64,000 nt of DNA from Vicugna vicugna (Eukaryota). The DNA lies in NCBI GenBank assembly GCA_013265495.1, contig MU058531.1, positions 3,410,911 to 3,474,910 of the forward strand, written 5' to 3'. The notes under the pieces were generated by a model. It ran no database searches. It was not told where the DNA came from and saw only the letters and a program-made list of their open reading frames with translations. Positions 11,986-24,996 of this stretch are shown in pieces (position 1 is the stretch's first letter; each line of letters begins with the position of its first letter). The translations under genes were made by a program, and so were the position numbers.

Positions 11986-13419
11986 TGTAATTCTCATGTG
12001 CTGGAGTGAGCAGATAGCGGTGATTTAATGATTTTGTTTTCAGCCTCTAAAACCCCCTTCAAAGGTGATTTTGTTCCTCTAAAGAAAAGTCATATGTATT
12101 CAGGTCGTAATTCTTGCCAGTACCTCGTGATTTTCCACGCACATTAGCCTATCAGAAAACATCAAGCACGATCCTGAGGAACACTTTTTGCCTTGACAAT
12201 TACGAATATCATCAAAAATATTAGCAATAGCTACAAAAATTGAGGGCTTACTGTGCTTCATGCTTACTAACCGTTACTAAGTCAGACTTTTACGACAATA
12301 CCACTAGGAGGTGGGCTTTTTCGCTTCCTTTATACTTAAGGGAACTGGCTTCAGGAGGTGAGGACTTGGGCAGAGTAAACATATCTGGGAAGATGCAGAA
12401 CCCAAGCCTGCAGTAGTGTGTGCTGCACCCTTCCCTGGTGTTATTCCAATTCAATTCCCCCGATGTGGGCAGTTTTAATATTTCTACATTGGTGGTCATT
12501 AAATTTTTTTTTGAGAAAAATAGTTAGTCCCAAGTTGCTTTTTCTTTCAAGGGGCTACACTTGGACTTGAGGGCAGATAAGCTGATGTCACTCACGTCAA
12601 ATGGATATTTTCATCACAATGTTAAGAGAAACTCATTGAAGCAAGTCTAAGGTCACACGCTCTCCCACCAAAGAACTCTAGTACTGAGCGATGTTTGAAA
12701 TGAGAAAATGCTAACGTCCTCCCTGGAGCCTGGATTTGATATGATATTAGGGGAAAGCTTTCAGTTATATTTATTTCTCTCGGTGTAATCCCAAGAAGAT
12801 GTCAGTTTCCATTATGAAATTGCAGGTGTAAAAAATATTATCTTCTGTTCTCTATAGCAGAGCCAATCCAAGAACCCTCTGGAGAAATTCCTACCCCAAG
12901 CCAACTGGAATTTCTGATTCCTGAATTTTTTGTGTGTTACCAGCTTAGGCTGAGGTGGTGTCCAAGAAGGATGCTCCTAGGTTGGTTTTTTTAGCTGCTG
13001 CTGACATAATCCACTTTGCTACCTCCTGGCTCTAGGAGTTTCTCCAAAAATCAGCATGCAAGGAACCTTCCCATTCTTCAGCAGATTCCCATTTCTTAAT
13101 GCTCCTTTCCCACTGGGTCCTCTGCAGCTCAACCTACTGACTTGTTTTAAAGTTCCAAGTTTATAACTTATTTTACTTCAGTGAAAGGGAATATCAGACC
13201 AGTGAATTACTCCTGTTGTTCCTTTTCCTGTACAGCTTTTATTGTTGCTTTTAAATGTCTTTAACTTTTTACTCATGGTCTTTCACCCTGGGTGAGTTCT
13301 CTTTGGTTCCTTGGACTTTGAGGAACACATAGGTACACTCTCCTTGACCCTGACTGCAGTGCCCTTCCTCACAATATGCCAGAACCTTACATGGAGGTTT
13401 CTGTAGGTTCTGTACTAAC

Positions 13420-13690
13420 ACCTCACAGGCCTGGAGTCTTTTCTGCCTCAGGACCTTTGCACATGCTGATCCCTCTGCTTGGGACATACTCTTCTACCTA
13501 TTACCTTTTGTACTTCGTGGTTGACTTCAGTTCACATCCTCAAGGAAGCCTTCCCCAAACCACACCTTTCCCCTGCCAATATCAGCCATTAGTTTGAATA
13601 TTTTGTAAGTCTCTCTACCATAAGACTGGATGTGGTATTAGGCCAGAGATCACATAAAATATTTTAGTACAGTAAAATTTGTGTGGTGAA
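13420..13690 (+). mobile_element. L2 3' region
   Basis: ctgcctcaggacctttgcacatgctgatccctctgcttggg...catcctcaaggaagccttcccc. Confidence 0.75.
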
Positions 13691-13959
13691 TGGACAAGAA
13701 AGGGTTGTACTACTCTGGATTTCCAGAAAAGTAGCTCCTCTGCTTTTAGACTTTATTCCTGGACCAATGTTTCTTCTAAAATGGTCATCTTTCTTAACAC
13801 ATCACTCACCTGCCTTTTCATTGCCCCATCTGCTGGCCTTCACACTGGCCCTCTCCAGGGCATCCTGGTTCCCACTCTGGGCCCAGCCAGCCTTCTCAAA
13901 AACTGACTTATTTAGGCACTTTTCTATTCTGTTGTTCCTCCTCAACATCAACCAGGTTA

Positions 13960-14840
13960 TTTTAGATATGAGTTTATTTGCTTATGTGTATTTATTATGG
14001 ATATTTCAAGCCTGTAGGAAAGCACAGAGAAGCTTATGGCAAATAGCCAAGTACCCACTGCCCAGAGTTGCAAGTGTCAACATTTGTCATGTTTTCCTCA
14101 AAAATTTTTTAAAGAAACTAAAAGCTCCAGAGACCATTGTAGGCCCCATTCCCCACTCTCTCCTCCTTCCTCAGAGGTGACACTATGTGGATGATTGTCA
14201 GACCAGTCATTGGAAAGTCTATAAGTAGAGGAATATAGAAAACTTGACATTTTGGCCAACCATATGGATGGGAAATATTATCTCACTCTTGTTTTCATTT
14301 TTATTTCTCTGATTACTGGTAAGGTTGAACATTTTTCATATGTATTGGGTCCTGAGGCTGCTTCTATGAATTGCCTGTTTATGTCTTTTTTCTATTTATC
14401 TGGTTGTTTGTCTTTTTCTTTTTGGTTTGTAAAGTTTCCTGTGTAGCTGCATCATTCCTTTGCCTGTTACATATGTTACAGATACTTTCTTCTAGCCCAT
14501 AACTTTTCTTTTGTCTTTGTTTACATTATCATGTATTTTATAGAAATTTTAGATTTTAATATGATCCAATTAACATTTTCCTTTATGATTTCTGGTTTTT
14601 ATATTTTGATTAAGAAATCCTTGCCTATTCCGTGATTGTAAAGACGTTCTCCTCAAAATGTTTTAAATGTTTTGCTTTTCACATTTTGGACTTCCATTCA
14701 TCTGGAATTTATTTTTATAATTAGGTAGAAATATAATTTATTTTTACCAAGCTGCCACATACAGTTGGGTATATTTCTTCCTTTTCCATGTTTATACTTC
14801 TTGTCTGTTTTTCTTATCTTATTACACTGCCTAGTACTTG
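13960..14840 (-). mobile_element. Old L1M(E)-like relic
   Basis: ttttcatttttatttctctgattactggtaaggttgaacatttttcatatgtattgg...aagaaatccttgcctattcc...ccattcatctggaatttattttt. Confidence 0.75.
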
Positions 14841-14849
14841 TAGTTCAGT

Positions 14850-15070
14850 ATTAAATAGATATGTCCTCAACCTTATGCTAAATCTCATTTAATTTGATTA
14901 CAGTAGTCGTCAATAATGTAGGTGTTACCTCATCTGTATAGACAAAGGAACTGAAACTTGTAGAAGATAGGTAACCTTCCCAGAATCATACAGCTAGTAA
15001 GTAAATAACAGAGTCAGAATTTAAACCTAGGTTGAGCAGCTACAAAGTTGAATTACTTATACTGCCTCTT
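14850..15070 (-). mobile_element. MIR
   Basis: ggaactgaaacttgtagaagataggtaaccttcccagaatcatacagctagtaagt. Confidence 0.8.
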
Positions 15071-15989
15071 GGTCACAAATGACTTGGGGAAAAGAGATCC
15101 CCTTCTACCTTGCATGCTCTTGCCCAGAACCTCTATGTCTAATGAGGAGAGAAAATTTTATTGAAGTGATGCCAGAAAAGCACTTCCAGTGTGTCTGAAC
15201 CAAACCAATAGACTTTGTTTAGTTTTGACCTGCCAAAAGCAGATTAAACAACCATATATGTATGAAATCGTTCTTATTCCAGATGGTATAAGCATTCACT
15301 CAGGTAATAAAATCACATCTTGGTGGAACTTCAGAAATGAGAGGTAGATCTTTATAGTAAGTTAACATTTTCTGAAATATTAACAAATAACTGAAGTTTC
15401 CTTCCTCCCTCCTTCCTTTGCTTCCTCCTTTCCCATCTTCTATCCATAAAAGATCTGAGGCAACAAAGATCTATCCAAAACAAGATAAAACAAAAAGATA
15501 AAAAAATCAGGGCCAAGGGAAAATAGATATGGCAAAATAAAAATTTTTTCTTGCCTTAGTGTCATTTGCTAGAGTTTGGCCACAACAGAGCCCTAAGCTT
15601 CCTAACAACTGAAGCAAAGAAAAGCTATCCAGCTACATTACAGAATGCACAGTGGGCATGGGCTCAAAATAGAACTGTTGCCAAGGGGATACACGGCATT
15701 CCCAGTTCTGAGAGACAGAGGAGCTGCTGTCACGGCCTTCATGTAGGGCCTATGTAGTGATGTGGGCAGTGCTTACCAGCATCTTCTTGGTAATGAGGAA
15801 GTGCACCTCACTTAGACCTGGTTCACCTCCTGGACCCTGAGCTCCTTGAAAGGGCAGGGACCATATTTGTTTCATTCTACATTATATTACAGAGCCCAGC
15901 ATCCTGCCTGATACGTAATGGGTGCTCATAATGTATTTTGAATGAATGAATATTATTTGTTATATCCATCAATAAAAGCCAATGGCTCA

Positions 15990-16175
15990 ATAAAAGATCA
16001 ATACACAAAAATCAATCATATTTCCTTTACACTAGCAATGAACAGTTCCAAAATGAAATTACGAAAACTATTCCATTTATAATGTCATCCAAAAGAATAA
16101 AATACTTAGGAATAGATTTAACAAAAAAGGTACAAGATTTAGACACTGAAAACTACAGAATGTCATTGAAAAGCC
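15990..16175 (+). mobile_element. L1 ORF2 internal fragment
   Basis: aagatcaatacacaaaaatcaatc...ccatttataatgtcatccaaaagaataaaatacttaggaatagatttaacaaaa (KINTQKS...KYLGIDLT). Confidence 0.85.
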
Positions 16176-16659
16176 AATGGCAAAACATTGGAGCAAATTT
16201 ATTAAAAGCAATTTAATGTAAAAATATTGATATTCTAGATATGTGGCTTTCTGATGACTTGATTTGATCAAAGACTATAATTTAAAATTTTAAGAGAAAT
16301 AGATGGAATGGACATAATTTTGGCGATTCTTTATGATTATTACTTTTTGCGTCCAGCTCCTGGTAAGAAGGAGCAGCAGGGAACTGGAGTTTACATTCTT
16401 GGTCAAGAATTTGAAGGTAAATATATTACATGCTGCCAGTGAAGGGTGCTGACGAGAACTTAGATAATCCCATAATATGCATATGGTACCATAATTGCTT
16501 TGTAAATTAGAAAAGTATGTGTTAGGCAAAATAAAATCAGGATGTATATAGAAAACGGAAACTGCCTCAAGTGTTTCGCAGCATCTAATTTACAATGAGG
16601 ACAGTTATATTACTGATTTCAACCAGGAATCCATACTCTGTATCTACCTTAAAACACGT

Positions 16660-16890
16660 GTTCTGCCGTCAGCTAATTTTCATTGAGCCCGTAACCTGCC
16701 ACTTTTCTAAATAACTTTATTGATGTTATCTCATGTCATGCCCGTGACTCTATAAAGAAGGTACTGCTGTTATTGTAACAGAAGAGGAAATTGGGGCCAA
16801 GAGGTTAAGCAATTTGCCCATTTCACACATGAGCACATGACAATGCCAGAAACTACACCAAGGCTTGGAAACTGCAGCCTGTGCCCCGAC
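16660..16890 (-). mobile_element. MIR
   Basis: acagaagaggaaattggggccaagaggttaagcaatttgccc. Confidence 0.75.
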
Positions 16891-19499
16891 CACCCCTCCA
16901 TGTTGCCCCACTTATTTCGCACCCAGTGATGGCAAACACCAGTTTCCTGTGATTGGCTAGAAGTGAATGTCCCTGTTAAGTGTGGCATGTAGATATACTC
17001 TGGGGGTCTTGTTTTGATGTGTCCTGAGGACACCACAATTAAAGAATTGTCCTGCTTTTAAGACCATCTTTCCAGAGAGTCCCTTAGAACTTAAGGATAA
17101 CCAGCTAGTTTCGTTTGACATTTAACACGTGTTGGCCTCAGAAATTTCATTCCTTAACTGGTGGCCTGGACACAAGCATGGTTGCCAGACTTTGTTCCTG
17201 CTTCATAAGGATTCTCGTTCTGTAAAGGTCACAGAGTTTGTAGATAAGACCCTGGGCTCTCATCAACCCATCAGTTCAAACCCTGTTTTAATAATACAAC
17301 CTTCCACATAGTATTGTTGCAAGTAAGGCTATCACTTAGGGCACTTAGAAAGCTTTTAAGAATGGTAGCTGCTAAAACACACAACCATTTAAAATGACTT
17401 CGGGGTAAGGAACACATCTTAACAACCGGCAAACACAGCTTGCAGTTTAGAGCCGAGAACAGCTTTGTACCACAGACTCCTCAGGCCACCTGGAAACCCG
17501 CCAGCCCAGACTTTGAAATTTTAAACATTTTCAAATTTATTTTTAACTAAACTTAAAGAAAAGGGATTCCCACAGTGTGAAGGAGGCTGCTGCAGCTTTA
17601 CCATTTCCCGTGGGGAAAGGGACCGAGGGAGGCTTCTTTTTGTTGGTGGAAGAAGTGAGGGAGAGGGTGAGAGTTTGGGGTTGGGAAGAGGCCTTGTACC
17701 ATCAGCTTGAGTCTGGGTCCTTAGCCAGAAGTCCCTCAAGCTCCCCGGCCACCCTTGTACTGCTGTAAAACCAGGGGGCTGGGCTACAGGCCCTTCCACT
17801 GCTGACATTCTGTGAAACCATAAACGCCTCCCTGGAGCTACAGTTTAATGTGAGCCCTCAGCTTTTATGGTGGGGCCCTTGGAAAGATGTCTCTGTATCT
17901 TTCACGCAAGTCCTGGGGAAGGCGCTGTCCTTTATGTTACCCAGTGCCCTATATCCCGGCTCATAAATTCCTCTGGAAATTCGGAGCCAGGAAAAAGTTT
18001 GTCTCCGGCTTAAACCCTCACATTGTTTTTCTGATTGGATGACATCTGGGATACCCCCTGAGTGTGTTTCTCTTATTACTGCATTTGCCAAGAAGCTCAG
18101 AGCTAAATGCAGCGGTTAACAGTAGTGGCTTCCCTCAGACAACTCAGGCCTCTGCGTCCTTCTTAGATCTTGTGTATGTTAACATAAAAACCACACCAGA
18201 TCCTTCTGCGGCATTCAACCAGGGCATAAATCCTTCCTGCTAGACGACCCAGTAAGTGGACTCAGAAATGCATGAATGCTCTTCCTCACGGCCAGCTGTG
18301 TCGGTTGTCCGGCCCCTTCCCCACTCCCCATCGGAAACAACAGTAACAACTGATACATGGTAGGACCCACTCTGGACCTGGCACTAAGTCCTTTCTGTGT
18401 ATTTTTCTCATTCAACAACCTTATGTTTGGGGTGACTATTATTTTCTTTATTTAAAGATGAGGAAAGTGAGGCACTGAAAGATTAAGTATCCAGGCAAGG
18501 TCTCCCTCCCCGCCCTTCCTTCACTAGTGGTAGACAGTCAGGCCAAGGGGTCACATTAGACTCAAAGAATTCCTTTGGTCCTGAGAATCCTGGTGGCAGA
18601 GAGGCCTTGACCCATCTGGTGTTGGCTTGTTTATGTGAGTAATTAGGAAGCCAACCACAAACAAGAGAGGGGGAGAATTGATGACCATGGAAGACTGGAG
18701 AAACCTCTCTGGCTTCTGACCATCCTGAGATCTATTCTGAACTCCAGTTCATCCTGTTTATTTGGGGAATCCCATGGAATCTCAGAGATGTCAACCCAGT
18801 TTTTGAAATGTGTGTGGGGTCAGGCTGTGGTTGGAGGATGGTTCCTTGGACATCCCAGTTTCCCCCAGACTTAGATCTGTTGGGAGGCCAAGGTGGCCGT
18901 GGGGTACAAGGGTGCCCTATCCCCACTGAGGGGGCAGTAAAAGCATTCCCCAGTGTTGCCTGACTTCCAGAGCCAGCTCTCAGCGACGACCCAGTCAGCC
19001 CATTTGGTTGCAAGCCCTAAGCACATCCTACGTGGTGGCTTCCTTTGTACCTTCTTCTCACTCCTCTTCACACTGAATACAAGAATGGCCATGGATAGGG
19101 ACAGGATAGGAAATTGTTGTGGCCAATCACGGTCAGGGTGACTGCCCCGGCCCTGGCTTAGTAGACAGACTGGGTAAGCATAGTTGTAGTTTGGCCATTG
19201 GGCTCAGTTGGGAATGTGTCCACAGTCAACATGCAGATGCCTAAATGTGATCAAATAATAAGACAGTTTAATAACAAATTGTCCAGAGTTTTTACATTCA
19301 AAAACATCTCTCCTTTAGTCAGTCAACAAATATTTGTTGAGCCTCCCCCTGTGCTGAGCATCATGCCAGATGCTGGGGACACAGCATCAAGCAGACTCAC
19401 CAGGCCTGTTGATGGGGGCACACAGAGAGCAGTTCTGTGGGCTGTTGCCCCGGCCGTGGTCCAGTACTGTGCTCGGGAAGCCTTGTCTTTTGGAATCGC

Positions 19500-20020
19500 T
19501 TTGGGTGGCTCTGCCTTTGACCTGGAGATAGTATCATTGCTCAAAACGTTTTTGGAACTGCCCTTTAGGAATTGCCTTCAGAGCTAGTCTGGGCCACACA
19601 GGAAACTCTCACTATTTTATAGCCACACCTAGCTTGTGACCAAAAATGGTCTTGCCCAGCTTGATGACCCACTTTATTCCCCAGACTTGGCTCTGATTGA
19701 CTTGCCTGTGAGCCAAAATTGCCTCTGTCCTCTAAGGATGGATATTTACCACCACTGAGCCTATTAGCAGTAATTTGGATAATTCTGAAATAATGTCTCA
19801 CTCGTCCAAACTCCCATTGTCCTGTGCCTTTTTTGTAACACGTAGCCCAGTCTCCCTTGCGGTGGAAGGACTGTATGTCTATAATACTCTGTAGTGTCCA
19901 GCATGGATTGGATGTTCAAAAAGGTATATTTACTAAAATGTAATGTACAGATTCTGAAGGATGTTTGCAAGAAGTGTTCCAGAATTGCTCTGGGTGACAA
20001 GAGTGTTGTTGGAACAATAG
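19500..20020 (+). mobile_element. Mariner relic (MARNA-like) with a transposase C-terminal motif
   Basis: DPLYSPDLALID at 19666-19701 (cf. mariner HPPYSPDLAPSD). cattgctcaaaacgtttttggaactg...ggaattgccttcagagc near 19537-19585 has a degenerate inverted counterpart near 19950-20015. Confidence 0.75.
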
Positions 20021-20310
20021 GCAGTGTAGTATAGATGGAATGTGTGTCCTCTGGTGTCTATCAGGGCTGACTCCAATCCCTACTCGTCCCCTTTACCAGC
20101 TGTGTGGCTGGCCCTATGCAAATCATTCATTCCCTCTGAGCCCCCATTTCCACAGCTGTGCAATGGGGATCATGATACTGCCTTTCAGCAGCTTTTATGA
20201 AGACAAATGAGAGTATTCACTTAATGCCCTAAGTACAGTGCCTACTGCATGCATAGTACACTAATTCAATAAATGGGATTAATTGTTTTATTTTACTATT
20301 GTTGTTGTTG
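20020..20310 (+). mobile_element. MIR
   Basis: ccctctgagcccccatttccacagctgtgcaatggggat...acagtgcct...tcaataaatg. Confidence 0.8.
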
Positions 20311-20794
20311 TCATATTAGAATGAATTCTCATTTGGATGCATAAATGCTGTTTTTTTTTTAAAAAATGACACCTCACCTAGCATTCCCATCATTTAAAAT
20401 CAAATGTCACAGAGATTTTATCCTGGAAGGAACCCTAGAGCGCACCTCAGTCCAAACTCCTAATATGGTGGCAACCCAGAAAGGGAAGTGGGTTGACTAA
20501 GGTCACATTGGTTCACAGCAGAACTGGGCTAGGCGGGAGCTCCTTTTATGCGACATTTGATTTTTGCCCCTACATCTGGAGGTTTTCCACCTTCCTTCCA
20601 TGGACCTGGCAAGCAGACCAGGAGCTCCAGGGCCTGGCACTCCTGTGCAGCAGCAGCCAAGGATGTGGTTTATGCATCTGGAGAGCTGCAAACACATGCT
20701 TCCCACAACTTTGCATGGTAACACTGTCACTTTGCAGAGTGCAGAGCACACTGACAGTGATTGTGTGGCTAGCGAAGCCGGCAGCAGCAACGGA

Positions 20795-21010
20795 CTGGTG
20801 GTTCAAGAGCACACCAGACAAACCTGGTACCACTGCTTACCACCTCACCGCTACTCAACCCCTCTGAGCTCCAGTTTTTTCATCTGTAGAAGAGCAACAC
20901 TAATGGTACCTGCCTCATAGGGTTGTTGTGAGGGTTAAAGGAGGTTTGCACATAAAGCGTTTGTTAGCACAGTGCCTTGCACATGGTAAATACTTTTTAA
21001 AATTTCACAT
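20795..21010 (+). mobile_element. MIR
   Basis: ctctgagctccagtttttt catctgta...tacctgcctcatagggttgttgtgagggttaaa...tagcacagtgccttgcacatggtaaa. Confidence 0.88.
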
Positions 21011-22059
21011 TATGATCAGTAACACATCCAAAAACAGTCTGCCTCTCACATCCCCACCAGCCTCAAGCCAACCTCTGATCAGTTTTGAAACCTTCCATGG
21101 GCTCTCTCCCGAGCAGTTCTATTGACAAACCCTTTACCCTTCCCTCACCCCTTTCTCACCCAGCAGCGAGGTGTCCTCTCAGATCCTCCCGACCCACCCC
21201 GATCGGGGACCTGTGAGATCCTGAAGTAATCAACAGCAGCTGCCTGTCAGGATCAGTGTTGAGAAGCCCTGGGCTTACTTACTCATCAAAAGTTATGGGA
21301 AGAAAAATGGACTTCTGGCCTAAAGAAACACTGCTTTTCTTGGGAGATGCCTTTCCTTTGAAGGCATTTGCACCTGTGGGAGGCTCTGGCCTCCTGTAGT
21401 GTGGCAGGCTCCCAAATCCCTGGACTAGTACCTCCCACCGTTACTACCTTGATACCAGGTTCTTTGCACTTGAATACACTGGGTTCTCTTTGCTACCTTC
21501 TTTAAAATCTCAACTAAATCTATGAGTAATTGAAAAGTTCTGATTTCTATTTGGAAAACACAATACTGGGTGAGACTGGAACAATCCAAATAACCCTAAA
21601 TTTACAGAGACCAGATTCATAAAACCCTAGGGTGAAATTTTTTTTTTCCCATCTAGAAAAGTTGTATTCCACTGTGGTTCTTACAATGCCCTGTCTCTGG
21701 ATGGGGGCCCGCCCTTGATTCTGGATATTACATCATTTTATTTTGGCTAATGTAAACACTCATCACCCCACGTGTTACAGGATTTTTAGTATGATTTGAG
21801 ATGGGGCTTCACTTGGAGGGTCGTTGCAGTGATTAATGGTTTCAGAAGGAAGTACAGCAGGAAGAGGCTTTGCGGGAATGGAAGAGGTGAGGCAGCTCCA
21901 TGTGAGATTCTGCAAAAGGATTAAGATTTGGCACTGCGCTTGGTTTCTGTGCAGCCTCTTAGGCAGAGAGCCTCAGGAGAGGGAAGCAGGCTGTCAGCTG
22001 GGGCTTTGCACGCTCTCAGCCTGCCTTGAGGGTTGGTTGGCTCTTGCCTCTCTCTGCAG

Positions 22060-22118
22060 TACCCAGTTTTACCTTACTAAAGGATGGATGTGGATGCTGA
22101 AGGCTTAAAGAAAACCAG
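22060..22118 (+). CDS. Candidate start-codon-containing exon of an unidentified host gene (CDS 22084-22118, MDVDAEGLKKT+AG, phase 2)
   Basis: Acceptor ctcttgcctctctctgcag ends at 22059 and donor CAG|GTAAGG starts at 22119. ATG is in strong Kozak context (AGGATGG) with an in-frame TAA just upstream. Lies in a repeat-poor island. Peptide not recognised; no transcript evidence. Confidence 0.4.
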
Positions 22119-24389
22119 GTAAGGGTTCCCGTTGTCCAAGACGTCCCCCGATGTTCGTAATGCATGAAATTCTGGGGACTGCTCTTTTTCTCACACCGCT
22201 GTGCAGTGTTAGCCAAAACCCAATTCCTCTGAGACGTTTCACAGAGAGGATCAGGGAATTTGCTTTCCTAGTTAAGAAAGTTTCTAAAATGTTTTAACCC
22301 AAAATACTTAACTACAGAGATGCAGATTTTTTTCTTCCTTTGAAATCACAGCTTTAAGATTTATTTCTGTGCATTTTAATCTACATGGTTTGGAAAGGAA
22401 TCCTGAAGGTTTGTTAGATGTATGTTTTCCTTCCCTTTATAGTGGCCTGTGGTGTGTTATGTATATATCAGTATCTGGTTTAATGAAAACTTCTAATTCA
22501 TTGTATTTTTCATAATGCTGGCTTTTGAATGAGTTCATCTACCTATTGCAGATTTGATTTTTTTGTTCTTTTTCATATTTTGGCTTTTGTGAATACTATG
22601 CTAGTAAGGAATATCCTTAAGTATAACTAATTTTTAAGAAGAAAAGACTAAGCTTAAGAGTCCAGTGCAATCATATTTGATAGTATCTCTGGTTGAAATG
22701 ATCTACTTGTTTTTTGATGTTTGAAATATACCTTATTAAAACAATTTTTTTCTGTATAAATGTCCATAGTTTGTGGGAGCGGTGATGCAGCTTATCTGTG
22801 TGGTTAAGCTATTTATTGACAAACATTAAAAGCATGATAGATCTTTGATAAGATTAGCTCAAGAGATAATTGGAAAAGTAGTTTTCTGCTCACCACCAAC
22901 TCAATTCCAAATTCTGTTGCTTTTCTTTAAAAAAAAAAAAATTCTGGGGTTAAAAATAACCCAGAATAAAACTTGAAAACTGTTTTGTTTCTCTGTATTT
23001 GGCTAACTTCATTGCAAAGTACTGTGTTTAAGGAATTCGAGCTATGAAGACTACTCTTGAAATGGCTCACACAGCTCTATCTGTGAATTTCTATAACCCT
23101 TTTCAAGAGCGTATGATTTTTTATGAGTATTCAGATTAAAGTTTTCAGTTAAATGTTCATTCCTTCTACACCCCTGGTTAATGGGTAACAACTCTAAGAA
23201 GATAACATGAGAAATCGTGTCAGTTCCCTGACACAAGCTCATTTTTCCTGCATCCAAAGGAGTGTGGAGTTGTCAAGTGGGGGGGAGGCATTGGACACAC
23301 CTGTTTACCTTGAGGGTGGGGGTGTCTTGTTAGGAGTGAATGCCTATGGCTTTTGTGGTTGATGGACAGATGCAGGGACTCCCGATCTCTGTTATTTATT
23401 TAAGATAAAATGTTTCGTTGAATGTAGGGGACTCCAACTCTACATCTTTGGTTGGGTGAGAGGAGGTCTCTACATCCACTTGTTCCTACTGTTTCTGTTT
23501 GATGAGCCCTTTTAGTTCACGTGGTCTCTGTTTCTTCCTTTGGGAAACAGACTGGCAGTAGGATCTCCAGCATTCTGTATTACTTGAACCTAGCACTTCA
23601 GCCATTGTGTTTTCTTTTAGTGGGATGGCGAGTAATAAGGCAGGCTTGAGGCTGAATTTGAGAAGGTGTGAGAACAGCTGTAGTCTTTAGGAAAAGAGAA
23701 TCATGCCAAGGATTAAACATGCGAACTCCTAACTGTGCTGTGTTCAGTCTCTTCCAATTATTGGCGAATCTAGACAAGCTGTTGTTACAAACGCTTTCCA
23801 TCACTGAAAAGCTTTAAAAAAATAAATCATGCCGTGTAGTGTGGAAATGGCAAACCCTGATGTCCTGACTTGAGTCCTTTGTCATATTGATGTCTTCTAA
23901 GGGGTATCCTTAGTCCTCGAATATTTTTGGAAATATTAAGCAAAATGGATTTTGTTAACAAAGTATGATTTGTCAATGTACTACTGTATCTACCTTATTC
24001 CTCCTTACCTATTGTTTAGGAGAGAGGGGAAATTGTCCAGGTTAACAGCTGAGGAATAATTACTGAGAACATCCTAGAATTGTTGCCACGAATTATCCTC
24101 TCCCTGTTAATGTGCTGTTGATAAAGGTTCTATTCATTTGTTTGTTGTTTTTATTTCTATTAAAATAGTAAGACATGTGTGGGGCTGAAAAAAAGTTCAA
24201 ACAGTACAAAAGGTAAATAACCTATTATAGGTTATTACAAATTATTGAAAATAGTTGCCTGTATTATACTTCAATTAAACAACAACAACAACAAAAAAAA
24301 AAAACCCTTCTCCATGGAGTCCAGAGCCCTAGTTCTTCCCTGGACAAGTCTGGGAGAATTCCGGAGAGGAACTAACAGTGCTTTCCAGC

Positions 24390-24568
24390 CACACTTCCCA
24401 GACTTGAGCAAACATTAGCAAAACCTGCAGAGCTGGGTGAACCACAGCTTCGGGGCCTCCACCCCGGAGATGCTGGTTCTAAAAGGCTGGGGTTGGGCCC
24501 CAGAATTGGCATCTCTAGCAGTTTTCTGGGTGCCGATGCTGCCAGGACCCCACTTTGAACGGCGCTGA
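24390..24568. mobile_element. MER5A-like
   Basis: ggggttgggccccagaattggcatctctagcag...ggaccccactttgaac. Confidence 0.75.
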
Positions 24569-24629
24569 TTTCAAGTGAAGGACTCCTTCTTCTGCGTCTA
24601 TTTTTCACTTCCTCTTCTCCGGTTTTCAG

Positions 24630-24720
24630 AACGGCTGCTGCTGAAAGGAATAGCTGCGCTAACCCACTGGGAGAAAACCGTGGTGGCAAATAAGATCAGA
24701 TAGCAGTAATCAAAATTTGG
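24630..24720 (+). other. Candidate non-coding/UTR exon, 91 nt
   Basis: Long pyrimidine tract tttttcacttcctcttctccggttttcag, then donor TGG|GTGAGA. Stops in all three frames. Confidence 0.25.
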
Positions 24721-24944
24721 GTGAGAGAGGAGTAGAGATGGGGGGAGGTATTCTGTGAGAGTCACTAGGGTGTGTGATGTACACACGGAGTGAAGGGCAT
24801 TGCCTATGGTTGGGCCACCATAAGTCCTAGCCTCAATTACAATCAGAAATAATGCCATCAACTGGTGTGAGCACAATCTCCACTAAAAATCTCTTTGTAT
24901 GGGTTGTGATTTTGAGAACATTTACCGTAATTATGCATATATAG

Positions 24945-24946
<2 letters not shown>

Positions 24947-24990
<44 letters not shown>
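24947..24990. repeat. (AC)22 microsatellite
   Basis: Uninterrupted AC repeat. Confidence 0.98.

Positions 24991-24996
<6 letters not shown>

Noticed and set aside
12044..12064. 21-nt microexon (ttttgttttcag...AAG|gtgatt)
   Set aside because: Weak donor; expected by chance.
15283..15303. 21-nt microexon (ttcttattccag...CAG|gtaata)
   Set aside because: Short pyrimidine tract and no independent support.
15380..15790. Possible L4/RTE-X relic
   Set aside because: Only a faint recalled resemblance (gccctaagcttcctaacaactgaagcaaagaaaag); needs a Dfam search.
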